A stretch of 64,000 bases of DNA from Acaryochloridaceae cyanobacterium VAR_48_metabat_390 (GTDB taxonomy: Bacteria; Cyanobacteriota; Cyanobacteriia; Thermosynechococcales; Thermosynechococcaceae). The translations under genes and the position numbers were made by a program. The notes under the pieces are model-generated. The model worked only from the letters and a program-made list of their open reading frames with translations. It had not been told where the DNA came from and did no database searches. The stretch's first letter is position 1. Every line of letters begins with the position of its first letter. This document shows, piece after piece, positions 51,289 through 61,118 of the stretch. The stretch is taken from positions 1-64,000 of the forward strand of contig JANPLU010000030.1 of the NCBI GenBank assembly GCA_031422435.1. Direction: 5' to 3'.

Positions 51289-51891
51289 GTGACCTCTCTA
51301 AAACTTCTATCAGCTACAGTGACGGCCTTGATTTTGGCAGGGGGGCGCAGCAGTCGAATGGGTTCAGATAAAGCGCTAGCTACTTGGCAGGGCATCCCCT
51401 TACTTCAGCGCGTGTTTGTCGTGGCGCAAGCCTGCTGTAGCACCGTGTTTGTCCTCACACCTTGGCCAGAGCGGTATCAATCGTTGTTGCCGAGCAGCGT
51501 TAACTGGTTGTTAGAGCCGCCAGCCACCTTTGCAGGACCTCTGGCTGCATTAGCACTAGGGATGCAGACCATCCGAACCCCCTGGGTACTTTTACTGGCC
51601 TGCGATTTACCTCAGCTTGATGCGGCTGTGTTGGCGCGATGGATACAGACGTTGCCGGAAACGGATTCTGTCGCTCAAGTCCCTTACTATCAAGATCGTT
51701 GGGAGCCGCTATGCGGGTTTTATCGCGCTGATGCGCTTCCTGCCCTCCAAAACTTTTTAGCAGAGAATGGCGATCGCGCGTCCTTCCAGCAGTGGCTCCA
51801 AACCATTGATGCCGTTCCGTTAGCAGTGGATTCAGCGACTTCTTTGATGTTCTACAACTGCAATATGCCCAGCGACCTCACGGTAAACTAG
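51289..51891 (+). CDS. mobA: Molybdenum cofactor guanylyltransferase
   Basis: LILAGGRSSRMGSDKA, GPL, LACDLP, EPLCGFY. Confidence 0.93.
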   Translation: MTSLKLLSATVTALILAGGRSSRMGSDKALATWQGIPLLQRVFVVAQACCSTVFVLTPWPERYQSLLPSSVNWLLEPPATFAGPLAALALGMQTIRTPWVLLLACDLPQLDAAVLARWIQTLPETDSVAQVPYYQDRWEPLCGFYRADALPALQNFLAENGDRASFQQWLQTIDAVPLAVDSATSLMFYNCNMPSDLTVN

Positions 51892-51917
51892 CAAAGATTC
51901 CATCACCTTGTCTCAGA

Positions 51918-52586
51918 ATGCGTAAGCGGCTCCGTCTTTCAAATAGTCAACTGCTCTGGATTTTACTGGCGATCGCCTGTCTCCTTCTAACCTGGTTCAG
52001 CATTCAGACGCTAGGCGGCTATAAACCAGCGCAGTTACAGGCACTCATTCAGAAAGCGGGTCTATGGGCACCCCTCGGCTACATTGCCCTCTATGCCGTG
52101 GGGACTTTGGCGCTATTACCTTCTACCCCGCTCAATATTTCTGGTGGCCTATTGTTTGGGCCTTGGTGGGGCATTTTGTGGACGAGCATGGGGGCTGTGG
52201 TGGCAGCGGCGATCGCTTTCTTCTTCAGCCGCACGGTCGGTCGCCCGACGATGGAAAAGCGGTTAGCAGGGCGATGGCAGACGATGGATGCAGAAATTCA
52301 TCGGGGTGGGTTGTTTTATATGTTTGCCATTCGGCTGATTCCCGTCATGCCCTATGGGATTGTGAATTTTGCAGCAGGTCTAACGTCCATTCGCTTTCGG
52401 GATTTTTTGATTGGCACTATTTTAGGCACGGTGCCGAGCGTTTTACCCTTTGTGCTGGTAGGGAGTTCTGGGGTCAAAGCCTTGTCAACAGGAAACTTAT
52501 GGCCTCTGCTAGGGGCGTTGGGGTTAACAGGCGCATTACTCTTGTTTTCTACTTGGTTTAAGGCACAGCGTCGCATTAAGGCTTAG
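51918..52586 (+). CDS. TVP38/TMEM64 (DedA/VTT) membrane protein
   Basis: LPSTPL...GGLLFG, RLIPVMPY..VNFAAG. Confidence 0.9.
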   Translation: MRKRLRLSNSQLLWILLAIACLLLTWFSIQTLGGYKPAQLQALIQKAGLWAPLGYIALYAVGTLALLPSTPLNISGGLLFGPWWGILWTSMGAVVAAAIAFFFSRTVGRPTMEKRLAGRWQTMDAEIHRGGLFYMFAIRLIPVMPYGIVNFAAGLTSIRFRDFLIGTILGTVPSVLPFVLVGSSGVKALSTGNLWPLLGALGLTGALLLFSTWFKAQRRIKA

Positions 52587-52638
52587 GCGATCGGCTAAAT
52601 TACAGTCAGTGCAATTTTTTAAGCAGCATTAGAAAACC

Positions 52639-53409
52639 ATGTGCCAACTGTTAGGCATGAACTGCAACGTCCCCACAGATATCTGCTTCTCGTTTACGGG
52701 CTTTTGTGCGCGGGGCGGTCAAACCGATGACCATCAAGATGGTTGGGGCATCGCGTTCTTTGAAGGGGCAGGGTGTCGCCTTTACATTGATGAAAAATCA
52801 TCGGTGACTTCGCCTGTGGCAGAGCTGGTAAAACAATATCCCATCCGCTCAAAGCATGTGATTGCCCACATTCGCAAGGCAACCCAAGGGCAGATTGCCC
52901 TAGAAAACTGCCATCCCTTTCGGCGTGAGCTATGGGGGCGCTACTGGGTGTTTGCCCACAATGGCGATCTCAAAGATTTTGATGGCCCTATTAAGGGTCT
53001 TTACAAGCCCGTCGGCAATACCGATAGCGAACGCGCGTTCTGCATCATTCTCGAAACGCTTCGCGCTGCATTTCCTGAAGGGATGCCTACCACTAAGCAG
53101 CTTTATGAAACCCTACAGGATATTACGGCTCAAATTGCAGCCCACGGCGTATTCAACTATTTGCTTTCCGATGGGGTGCATCTGTTCGCCCATTGCAGCA
53201 CGAACCTGCACTATATTGTGCGCCAAGCACCTTTTGCAGAAGCCCATTTGGTAGATGAAGATGTGACGGTTAATTTCCAGGGTTTGACGACGCTACAAGA
53301 TCGAGTGGCGGTGATTGCGACGCTGCCGCTTACAGATAACGAGGTGTGGAGGGCGATCGCCACCAATCAACTCATCTTGTTTCAAGACGGTCAACCCAGT
53401 CTTTTGTAG
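52639..53409 (+). CDS. Class II glutamine amidotransferase (YafJ-like)
   Basis: MCQLLG, DGWG, AHIRKAT, NCHPF, FAHNG, TDSE. Confidence 0.92.
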   Translation: MCQLLGMNCNVPTDICFSFTGFCARGGQTDDHQDGWGIAFFEGAGCRLYIDEKSSVTSPVAELVKQYPIRSKHVIAHIRKATQGQIALENCHPFRRELWGRYWVFAHNGDLKDFDGPIKGLYKPVGNTDSERAFCIILETLRAAFPEGMPTTKQLYETLQDITAQIAAHGVFNYLLSDGVHLFAHCSTNLHYIVRQAPFAEAHLVDEDVTVNFQGLTTLQDRVAVIATLPLTDNEVWRAIATNQLILFQDGQPSLL

Positions 53410-53589
53410 CTTATAACAAAGATCAAAATCGGTTTGGAACCACATTTATAGGGTGATGTTATGACAGAAGATGAGAGGAGGGCGCTGTATCAAAAGATCG
53501 CTGAGGGCGATTGTGTGGTTCTCACATGCTATCTTCCTCGGCATAGAAAGCGGTTGACAGCAAAACAGAAAGCTCGTGTGGCAAGCAAA

Positions 53590-54381
53590 TCAGCGTTGGC
53601 TAAAGCAGCGAAGACGCTCAATTGATTCAAGGTATTCAGGGATGAGTTCATTGCCCACTTCGCAAGCTCGGCGATCTACGCTCAACATATCGTCACTCCA
53701 AAAGACTTGACCTAAAGGGACGGCTTTGCCTTTGTCTGGCTTCCAATCGCGGCTTATGAACTTGCGATCGCCGTCTACTACAGCACCGTGAAATAAATGC
53801 CCAATGCTAAAGTACACATCCTGAAGCACCAAGGGAACCGACGGGCGATGAAGCTGCCCTCGTGAGTTTGCGCTTCTGGCTTTGTACTGTGATCTGGGAA
53901 ATAAGCCGTACAGATTTTTAAGAGACGCCGAAATTAAAGGCTGATCTTTGAGAATGGTGCGCTTAAAAGCCCCTACGCTAATGCAGCAGTCCACTTCACT
54001 CAACAGCGCTGGAGCTGTCATAGACTGAAACCGGACGGGTTGGGGGGAGAGATTGGGGTAGTCTCGCAGGGGAAGCTGATCTGCATCGAGTAGCCGCATT
54101 CCTTCATCGAGTAGGTTGTATAGCCCATTGCGGCTGGCAATATCGGTCAGCGAAACCGCAGAGCAAACCCCTTCCACGATTAAAATTTCGGCAGTGGGGC
54201 TAACGCGGCGTAAACCTTGCAAAACGGCACCTAAGACACCCATGCTAACGGTCACGGGTGGCCCTACGGGATAGCCTAAATTGGGCTTCACTAAAATACG
54301 GGCTGCGCCGTGGGCAGCTTTGGGCGGCTCATACTGAAACTGTGCTGTTGTGGCGGTATAGACCGTTTGGGCATCAGACAT
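53590..54381 (-). CDS. DUF362 domain protein
   Basis: ILVKPN, IVEG, SASLKNLYG motifs. Confidence 0.8.
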   Translation of the reverse strand: MSDAQTVYTATTAQFQYEPPKAAHGAARILVKPNLGYPVGPPVTVSMGVLGAVLQGLRRVSPTAEILIVEGVCSAVSLTDIASRNGLYNLLDEGMRLLDADQLPLRDYPNLSPQPVRFQSMTAPALLSEVDCCISVGAFKRTILKDQPLISASLKNLYGLFPRSQYKARSANSRGQLHRPSVPLVLQDVYFSIGHLFHGAVVDGDRKFISRDWKPDKGKAVPLGQVFWSDDMLSVDRRACEVGNELIPEYLESIERLRCFSQR

Positions 54382-54401
54382 GGGTAAAAATTGCAGGCTT
54401 T

Positions 54402-54731
54402 CTATGCTAACGTTTTGGCGCTATCGACAGACTGAAGCACGGCTGCCAACAGTCCTGGAAACAGTTTGTCTAGCTCCTGCTGTCGTAGAGAATTAAGGTG
54501 TTGCGTCCCCGACTTGCGCGACAAGATCACGCCAGACTCTCGCAGAATTTTGAAGTGGTGGGACATCGTGGAACGGGCGATCGCAAGGTCAAAGTCGCAG
54601 CAGTTTTGTTCTCCTTTGGCAGCCAACTGACGCACAACGGCTAAACGAATAGGATCGCCTAGGGCATAGAGTACGCCGGATAGGGTGATTTGCTGAGTAT
54701 CTGGGTGGTACATCGGTCTCATACCTTGCAT
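54402..54731 (-). CDS. ArsR/SmtB family regulator
   Basis: ALGDPIRL, STMSHHFKILRESG, FPGLL. Confidence 0.9.
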   Translation of the reverse strand: MQGMRPMYHPDTQQITLSGVLYALGDPIRLAVVRQLAAKGEQNCCDFDLAIARSTMSHHFKILRESGVILSRKSGTQHLNSLRQQELDKLFPGLLAAVLQSVDSAKTLA

Positions 54732-54750
54732 TATCTCATGAACTCATCTA

Positions 54751-54779
54751 TATTTTGATTATTCGAGTTTATCGAAATA
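54751..54779. promoter_or_regulatory. Candidate operator between the ArsR gene and the alkene reductase gene
   Basis: TATTTTGAT-N11-ATCGAAATA inverted repeat (1 mismatch); overlapping TTCGA-N5-TCGAA. Confidence 0.5.
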
Positions 54780-54846
54780 AAGAATAAAGCGGCATTGTCA
54801 TAAGCAAGCTTTTCGAGTATTTTTCAATTCAGTTAAGAGGCACATT

Positions 54847-55950
54847 ATGACGGCGAATTCTCTTTTTGAACCAATCCAGGTGGGTGCAATTGAGCTACAG
54901 AACCGCATGGTCATGGCTCCGCTAACTCGCGCCCGTGCGGGGGTAGAACGTATCCCCAACGCGCTGATGGTGGAGTACTACCGACAGCGCGCCAGTGCTG
55001 GACTCATTATTTCTGAGGCGACTCATATTTCAGAGCAGGGAATTGGCTGGGTAGAAACCCCGGGAATCCACACCGATGCGCAGGTACAGGGCTGGCGGCA
55101 TGTGACAGAAGCCGTTCATCAAGAAGGTGGCAAAATCTTTCTTCAGCTTTGGCATACGGGGCGCGTATCTCATCCCGATTTTCAGGTGGGTGGCGCGTTG
55201 CCTGTTTCGGCTTCGGCGATCGCCGCGATTGGGGAAGCCCATACGCCCTTTGGCAAAAAGCCCTATGTGACCCCACGGGCACTCGAAACGGATGAAATTG
55301 CTGGTGTGGTGCAGACCTATGCGGACGCAACTCGTCGCGCTCAAGATGCAGGGTTTGATGGTGTAGAAATTCACGCGGCAAACGGCTATTTGATTGATCA
55401 GTTTCTGCGAGACGGCTCCAATCACCGAACCGATGCCTATGGCGGTAGCATCCTCAATCGGCTGCGGTTTTTGCAGGAAGTGACGGAGGCGGTGGTTGCG
55501 GCCTGGAGTGTAGATCGCGTTGGGGTGCGGCTATCGCCGACTAACCCTTATAACGATATGAAGGACAGTAACCCTGTAGCAACGTTCTCTGCGGCGGCTG
55601 AACTGCTGAATCGCTATGGATTGGCCTATCTTCACGTTTTAGAAGCATTGCCAGGACATATGTTGGCGGGCGAGGGAGAATTTGTGACCCCTCACCTTCG
55701 TAAAATCTTTGACGGACTGCTGATGGTGAATGGGGGCTACGGACGGGAGACGGGGATGGAGGCGATCTCTCAAGGCAATGCAGACTTAATTGCTTATGGC
55801 GTACCCTTTATTGCCAACCCTGACCTGCCAGAGCGTTTTCGTCAAAATGCACCGCTCAATCCCCCTGACCCAAAAACATTTTACGCCCACAATTCAGAGG
55901 GCTATACAGATTATCCAACCTTGGAAAAGATTCAAAGCGCAGTCGTTTAG
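54847..55950 (+). CDS. Old yellow enzyme / alkene reductase (NemA-like)
   Basis: MAPLTRAR, YYRQRAS, QLWHTGR, GFDGVEIHAANGYL, ANPDL. Confidence 0.93.
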   Translation: MTANSLFEPIQVGAIELQNRMVMAPLTRARAGVERIPNALMVEYYRQRASAGLIISEATHISEQGIGWVETPGIHTDAQVQGWRHVTEAVHQEGGKIFLQLWHTGRVSHPDFQVGGALPVSASAIAAIGEAHTPFGKKPYVTPRALETDEIAGVVQTYADATRRAQDAGFDGVEIHAANGYLIDQFLRDGSNHRTDAYGGSILNRLRFLQEVTEAVVAAWSVDRVGVRLSPTNPYNDMKDSNPVATFSAAAELLNRYGLAYLHVLEALPGHMLAGEGEFVTPHLRKIFDGLLMVNGGYGRETGMEAISQGNADLIAYGVPFIANPDLPERFRQNAPLNPPDPKTFYAHNSEGYTDYPTLEKIQSAVV

Positions 55951-56043
55951 CCTGTTTGCGTCTTTATCAACCGTTAGTAACCTTGTGGGCTTAAGAGCGA
56001 CTTTAGCACTACCTTAACAGAGCTTTGATCTTGAGGCTGTAGA

Positions 56044-56077
56044 TGACCAATGCACTTAAGAATCAGCGCATTGGTCA
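56044..56077. terminator. Hairpin downstream of the alkene reductase gene
   Basis: TGACCAATGC...GCATTGGTCA 10-bp stem; no clear plus-strand U-tract. Confidence 0.4.
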
Positions 56078-56302
56078 ATAGTAAAAAGCTTCATCCGCAC
56101 GATGAATAGAGTTTTTAGCCCTGCATCCTTAAGACTTGCAATAGCTCTGAAGAAAGCACTAGGACGGATCTTGTCAGTGTCTAAAAAAAATTATGCTTTG
56201 GGCGACTGCTCCAGACTAAAATAGCGGCGGCGAGGATTGCTCCGGCGGATCGCCAAAGAAGAAAAAGAAATAATCAGTACAACCGTAGTTTAGGAATGCA
56301 TT

Positions 56303-56812
56303 ATGAGCTTATTTGACGCAATTGCAGGCGCGATCGCCAACCCCAATCAGCAGGGCAGTACCGATCAGCTTGGCTCTATTCTGGGTGCCGTTCAGTCGAT
56401 CGCAGGTTCTCAGACGGGTGACCCCAATAACTCCAACGCCTTGATGTCGGCGGTTGGCAGTGTGGTGCAGGGTGCCCTGCAAAACAAGCAGGGTAACATC
56501 GGTACTGAAGGCGTTGAAAATTTAATCAATCAGTTTGCAGGGGGCGGTGCCAGTACCGAGGCAGTACAGACATTATTTGGCGGTCAAGAGCAGCAGGTGG
56601 TAGAGGCGATCGCCCAGCGGACAGGCATAGATGCCAGCCAAATTAGCGGATTGCTCCCCACCTTAGTCCCTCTGGTACTACAGCTTCTCCAAAGCGGGTC
56701 TTTTAGCTCCGGCGGCAACTCAGTCCTCAATACGTTTCTGGATGGCGATCGCGACGGTGACGTAGATCTTGGCGATGTAATGTCTCAAGCAGGGCGCCTG
56801 TTAGGCCGCTAA
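56303..56812 (+). CDS. DUF937-like protein
   Basis: [28 protein letters not shown]. Confidence 0.8.
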   Translation: MSLFDAIAGAIANPNQQGSTDQLGSILGAVQSIAGSQTGDPNNSNALMSAVGSVVQGALQNKQGNIGTEGVENLINQFAGGGASTEAVQTLFGGQEQQVVEAIAQRTGIDASQISGLLPTLVPLVLQLLQSGSFSSGGNSVLNTFLDGDRDGDVDLGDVMSQAGRLLGR

Positions 56813-57738
56813 GACGGCTTCAAAATCTGTGACAGTGCTGCCTTGATAGTGGGGTACTGAAACATAAAGCCTGTCGCCTCCGTCTTCTGGGGCAAAACTT
56901 TTTGCCCTTCTAAGACGAGCTTGGACGATTCTCCTAGCAGCAGCTCTAGGGCAAAACCAGGCACGGGGAGCCAGGACGGTCGCCCAATGATGTTGCCCAA
57001 TTCTTGGCACAGTTCACCCATTGAGACAGGATTGGGCGCAGTGGCGTTCAGAACCCCCGAGACGGAGCTATCCGTCAAAGCCTTAATTATTAGGTTCACC
57101 AAATCTTCGCGGTGGATCCACGACACCCACTGTTTGCCATCTCCCAAGGGGCCACCCGCAAAAAGCTGAAATGGAAACATCATTTTTGCCAACACGCCGC
57201 CATCGGGGCCTAACACAATTCCAATTCGGATGATGGCTAATCGTGCGCCATGAGCTGTGACTTTTTCTGCTTCTGATTCCCAAGCTTGGCAAACCTGCGC
57301 CAAAAAATCTTGGCCTGCGCCGCTGGTTTCGTTAAAGACCGCCGTTTCGCTGGTGCCGTAATACCCTACTGCGGAGGCGTTAACCAATACGGTGGGTTTA
57401 GGGTTGGTTTGGGCAGACCCTTGCTGCGCCGCTATAGCTTCTACAATTTTTGCAGTTCCCACAGAACGGCTTTCCAGGATGTCTTGCTTGCTGTTTTCTG
57501 TCCAGCGATTGGCGATCGGCTCTCCGGCTAGGTTGACAACGCCATCACATCCGGCAATTGACTGCTGCCAAGCCCCTGACGCTGTAGCCTGGTAGGCGAC
57601 CACTTCTGCCTTTGGGAATCGCTGCTGCGCTTTTTGGACGTTACGCACCAAAAGTAACACCTGATGGCCTTCTGCTTGGAGGCGATCGACTAAGCGACTG
57701 CCGATGAAGCCTGTTCCGCCTGTGACTGCAACTTTCAT
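56809..57738 (-). CDS. TIGR01777 family NAD-dependent epimerase
   Basis: [41 protein letters not shown]; alternative start ATG 57783. Confidence 0.9.
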   Translation of the reverse strand: MKVAVTGGTGFIGSRLVDRLQAEGHQVLLLVRNVQKAQQRFPKAEVVAYQATASGAWQQSIAGCDGVVNLAGEPIANRWTENSKQDILESRSVGTAKIVEAIAAQQGSAQTNPKPTVLVNASAVGYYGTSETAVFNETSGAGQDFLAQVCQAWESEAEKVTAHGARLAIIRIGIVLGPDGGVLAKMMFPFQLFAGGPLGDGKQWVSWIHREDLVNLIIKALTDSSVSGVLNATAPNPVSMGELCQELGNIIGRPSWLPVPGFALELLLGESSKLVLEGQKVLPQKTEATGFMFQYPTIKAALSQILKPS

Positions 57739-57856
57739 ACGCGATGGAGAACTTTTAAAGGAGTTCTTTTTACCATAGGTCATTCTGAGGAAGTCTAGAG
57801 ATGAGAAGTAGCGAATTGCCACACACACTGAGAATATGTTAAGTTAGCCCACCCAA

Positions 57857-57895
57857 GGGCGATTAACACAGTGGTAGCGCACTTCCTTCACACGG
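57857..57895 (+). pseudogene. 5' half of tRNA-Val(CAC)
   Basis: GGGCGAT-TA-ACAC-AGTGGTA-GCGC-A-CTTCC-TTCACAC-GG, then no variable loop, T-arm or 3' acceptor strand; D-stem mismatched. Confidence 0.8.
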
Positions 57896-57998
57896 TCAAA
57901 CCGACCCAAACTAATACGAGCCGATACGCTTTACAGCCATTCTCAGAATCCCAAAAATCCCTAATTGTTCTAAAGTGTCCTAAATGTCTAAGCACATT

Positions 57999-58133
57999 TC
58001 ATCCCAGTAGATCGGGGTAAATGAGGTTTGCCAGTTCCTCTTGCTCAAATCTGTCTCGCTCCTGAAGTGAATACCGCTCAATTTGGTTGATCGCCTCCAG
58101 AATATCTTTTAGCCGTTCGCTGTCATCTCTCAT
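57999..58133 (-). pseudogene. Truncated HepT/DUF86 toxin
   Basis: MRDDSERLKDILEAINQIERY..., ATGA overlap with the MNT stop; only 44 aa and no RX4HXY motif. Confidence 0.8.
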
Positions 58134-58429
58134 AGAGAAATAGCCTGTTGCAAAAATTCTTCCCGAATCCGTTCCTTCAGTGCTTTCTCCATCGCAACAT
58201 CCACCTTACGACCTAAGAGTGTTTCCAACTCAAGCACCAAACTTGCCGGAAACCAACTGCTCACCTTTTCCAAAGAATAATCAACTAAGAAATCAATATC
58301 ACTCTGCTCATCCGCTTCCCCCCTTGCAACAGAACCAAGCACGCGCACATTAAACGCACCATGTTTCGCGGCAATTTCAAGGATCTCTCCTCGTTTCCTA
58401 CGGAGCAATTCATTGATTTGAATTTCCAT
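58130..58429 (-). CDS. Minimal nucleotidyltransferase (MntA-type antitoxin)
   Basis: GSVARGEADEQSDID (GSX10DXD), LETLLGRKVDV. Confidence 0.9.
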   Translation of the reverse strand: MEIQINELLRRKRGEILEIAAKHGAFNVRVLGSVARGEADEQSDIDFLVDYSLEKVSSWFPASLVLELETLLGRKVDVAMEKALKERIREEFLQQAISL

Positions 58430-58518
58430 GCTTTAATTCTCCTGCCGTCAAAATCTTGGGTTGCTGTTAGCCTTAAATCTGAGAACGCAGTAGACGAGAT
58501 CGCATCCTTTCCTATTAA

Positions 58519-58836
58519 CTAAAGGGAGGCGTTTTGCGATGATTTCGATAATGGAGCGCTGATCAGAACATAGGGCTGCACAATCAAAACGCTGAAGGAC
58601 TGTTCAGGGGACTGATTCCAAAGGCTGAGCTGTTGTGCCGTAGGCTTTTGCAAAAGCTGCTCTTCTACCCAGACCTGGACTTGAGCGATGTTGTCTTGGG
58701 CGATCGCCACACCCACCTCAACAATATCTAATCCTTCGTACACCACAATGACCGCATCTCGCTGACAGTGCGGGATGATATCTTTCCAGCTCACATCGGC
58801 TAAATCTTGGGCGAGCTGCGCTTGAATGCTGGTCAT
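58519..58836 (-). CDS. DUF2288 family protein
   Basis: W..I.PH.QRDAVIVV, LIVQPYVL. Confidence 0.85.
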   Translation of the reverse strand: MTSIQAQLAQDLADVSWKDIIPHCQRDAVIVVYEGLDIVEVGVAIAQDNIAQVQVWVEEQLLQKPTAQQLSLWNQSPEQSFSVLIVQPYVLISAPLSKSSQNASL

Positions 58837-59024
58837 AACCGTCTTATTAAATCAGAATTTTTCTATCATCGCTCAAGATGGTGGGGGTGTCACAGCCTTA
58901 TCTGCTTCATTGCTGGACGGGGGGAATGTTAATCTTCGGGCAAACTAGAGAGAAGACCTTGAATTCCCGATGCTCCCAGCCATCAGGGTTTTTCATCATG
59001 ATGACAATTGGATCCATTTAATTT

Positions 59025-60380
59025 ATGCCTGACTATCAATCTGGTTTGCTTGGACAGACGGGTGGATACTTACTGGCGATCGCCGTCATCCTAGGCTGGA
59101 TTGTGTCGGTGTGTCTGCATGAGTTTGGTCATGCCATTGTGGCCTACTGGGGTGGCGATACCACGGTCAAAGATAAAGGCTATCTCACCCTTAACCCGCT
59201 GAAGTATACCGACATTGGCTACAACTTGGCGCTGCCCGTTGTGTTTTTAGTGTTGGGCGGTGTTGCCCTCCCAGGCGCTGCGGTCTATATCAACCACGCT
59301 CTCTTGCGCAGCCGAGGCTGGAATAGCGCGGTATCAGCGGCTGGCCCTTTTATGACGGGGGTGGTGGCGATCGCCCTAGCGCTACCGTTCAATTTAGGGT
59401 GGGCGACGGAGGACCATTGGTTTTGGTATGCGCTGGCGCTGCTGGCATCCTATCAGGTGGCGGCATTGTGCTTTAACCTATTTCCGGTTCCTTCCTTTGA
59501 TGGGTTTGGCATTTTAGAACCTTGGCTCCCTCAGCCCGTTCAGCAAACCGTTCGGCGCTGGGGTCGCTATAGCTATTTGGTACTCTTTGCCATTCTGTGG
59601 ACGGTGCCTGAAGCTAATCGAGGGTTTTGGGCTTTAGTTAACGGCATGAGTCAACTTTTAGGGATTCCCTACGATAAAGTGAGTTTGGCCTACGCAGCTT
59701 TTGCCCAGCCGAGTAAAGTCATTTTTATCGCATTATTGTTTGGGGCGCTAATTTTTCGCAAGGTGCTGGGCGGTACATTCAATAAACCGACCGAAAATGC
59801 CGATCTCAATATTAATCTTGCGGCCTACGATCGTCTCATCCAATCAGGGCAGGCAACCTCAGATATTTGGCGACACAAAGGCGATACGCTTCTGTTTCTA
59901 AAGCAGTATGAAGGGGCGATCACCAGCTATGACGAAGCCCTCAAGACTCTGTCTAATGATTCTGAACTTTGGCATAATCGCGGAATTTGTTGTCACAATC
60001 TTCAGCAATACGAGCAGGCACTCATGGCCTATGATCAGGCGCTGAAGCATCAACTAAACAATAGCGAGATCTGGACGAATAAAGCCAGGGTTTTAAAGTG
60101 TTTAGATCGTCTTCAAGAGGCAGTTGTGGCCTATGGCGAGAGTATAAAGTATCGTCCGTCAGATCTCGACAATTGGCGCGATCGGGGTCGTCTCTTGGCT
60201 CAAGTTCAAGATTATACATCAGCACTATCTGATTTCGAGCGAATCTTGAAATATAAACCTAGTAATGCAGAAAACTGGAACAATCACGGAATGGTTTTAG
60301 AAAAACTTGGGCGAATTGATGAAGCGCAGAAAAGTTATCAAAAGGCGTTCTACTATCGCGCTAAAAATATTTCTAGCTAA
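59025..60380 (+). CDS. Site-2 protease (M50) fused to TPR repeats
   Basis: HEFGH, NLFPVPSFDG, several W.N.G..L-type TPR units. Confidence 0.88.
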   Translation: MPDYQSGLLGQTGGYLLAIAVILGWIVSVCLHEFGHAIVAYWGGDTTVKDKGYLTLNPLKYTDIGYNLALPVVFLVLGGVALPGAAVYINHALLRSRGWNSAVSAAGPFMTGVVAIALALPFNLGWATEDHWFWYALALLASYQVAALCFNLFPVPSFDGFGILEPWLPQPVQQTVRRWGRYSYLVLFAILWTVPEANRGFWALVNGMSQLLGIPYDKVSLAYAAFAQPSKVIFIALLFGALIFRKVLGGTFNKPTENADLNINLAAYDRLIQSGQATSDIWRHKGDTLLFLKQYEGAITSYDEALKTLSNDSELWHNRGICCHNLQQYEQALMAYDQALKHQLNNSEIWTNKARVLKCLDRLQEAVVAYGESIKYRPSDLDNWRDRGRLLAQVQDYTSALSDFERILKYKPSNAENWNNHGMVLEKLGRIDEAQKSYQKAFYYRAKNISS

Positions 60381-60589
60381 CATTGAATTATAAAACCCTT
60401 TGGCGTATTTTAGATATTGAAAAATTTGATTGTAAATATATCTTTATTTTAATGCAGTGAATTAAATATTCATAGCACTCACTAAATTGCTGCTGATAGT
60501 TTGATTAGGCTTATTTAACCAATACTCCAGACAGAATTAAAGCGTAATGAGTGCGTAAGAGCACATAGTGTTGTAGGCAGGCTGTGATT

Positions 60590-60684
60590 TACAGCGATTT
60601 GTATTCAAATAGGCGACCATATCATCTGCGTAACTGGTTTACCCACTCCTGCTACTGCCTCTTATGAAGCTGCAAACCGCTGTA
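60590..60684. mobile_element. 95-bp MITE with TA ends
   Basis: TACAGCGATTTGTA ... TGCAAACCGCTGTA terminal inverted repeats, 12/14 match. Confidence 0.7.
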
Positions 60685-60770
60685 TCCATTGGTGCAGAAT
60701 GTTTTGGTTGTCTCTGCACTCTAACAGTGGGTAGCTTTTTTGTACCCTCTCTCAAAACTGTTCGGAGTGT

Positions 60771-60824
60771 TTTTTATTAAAGAAGCCCTCAAAACATTAG
60801 TTTTGAGGGCTTCTTTAATAAAAA
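60771..60824. repeat. 25-bp perfect inverted repeat, 4-nt loop
   Basis: TTTTTATTAAAGAAGCCCTCAAAAC-ATTA-GTTTTGAGGGCTTCTTTAATAAAAA. Confidence 0.9.
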
Positions 60825-61118
60825 CGTATCCAAAAACCTGACGCTATGATGACAATTAAAAAACTTGACTGAATATTTAATTAGTTTATATAGACATATT
60901 TGAAACATGTTTTTTATTGAATAATAAAGATTTTCTTTGTTAATATAGCTATGGACTCCGTATTTTTACGGTTGAATTAGATAATCCTAAAAGCCTACCT
61001 TAGATGAGTTGCTAAAGCGTCTTTAATTTAAATAGCAAAAACTCAACTTTTAATTCAACAAAACTTTACTTGTAAGATATCCACTACGTTTAATTTGATA
61101 GGACAAGCGGGGATCATA

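Noticed and set aside
56196..56258. CTTTGGGCGA...TCGCCAAAG pairing upstream of the DUF937-like gene as a riboswitch
   Set aside because: Only an imperfect outer stem, with no recognisable aptamer motif
57857..58000. Intron-containing or intact tRNA-Val
   Set aside because: The break is in the anticodon stem rather than the loop, no group I core or 3' exon was found, and the D-stem is degenerate
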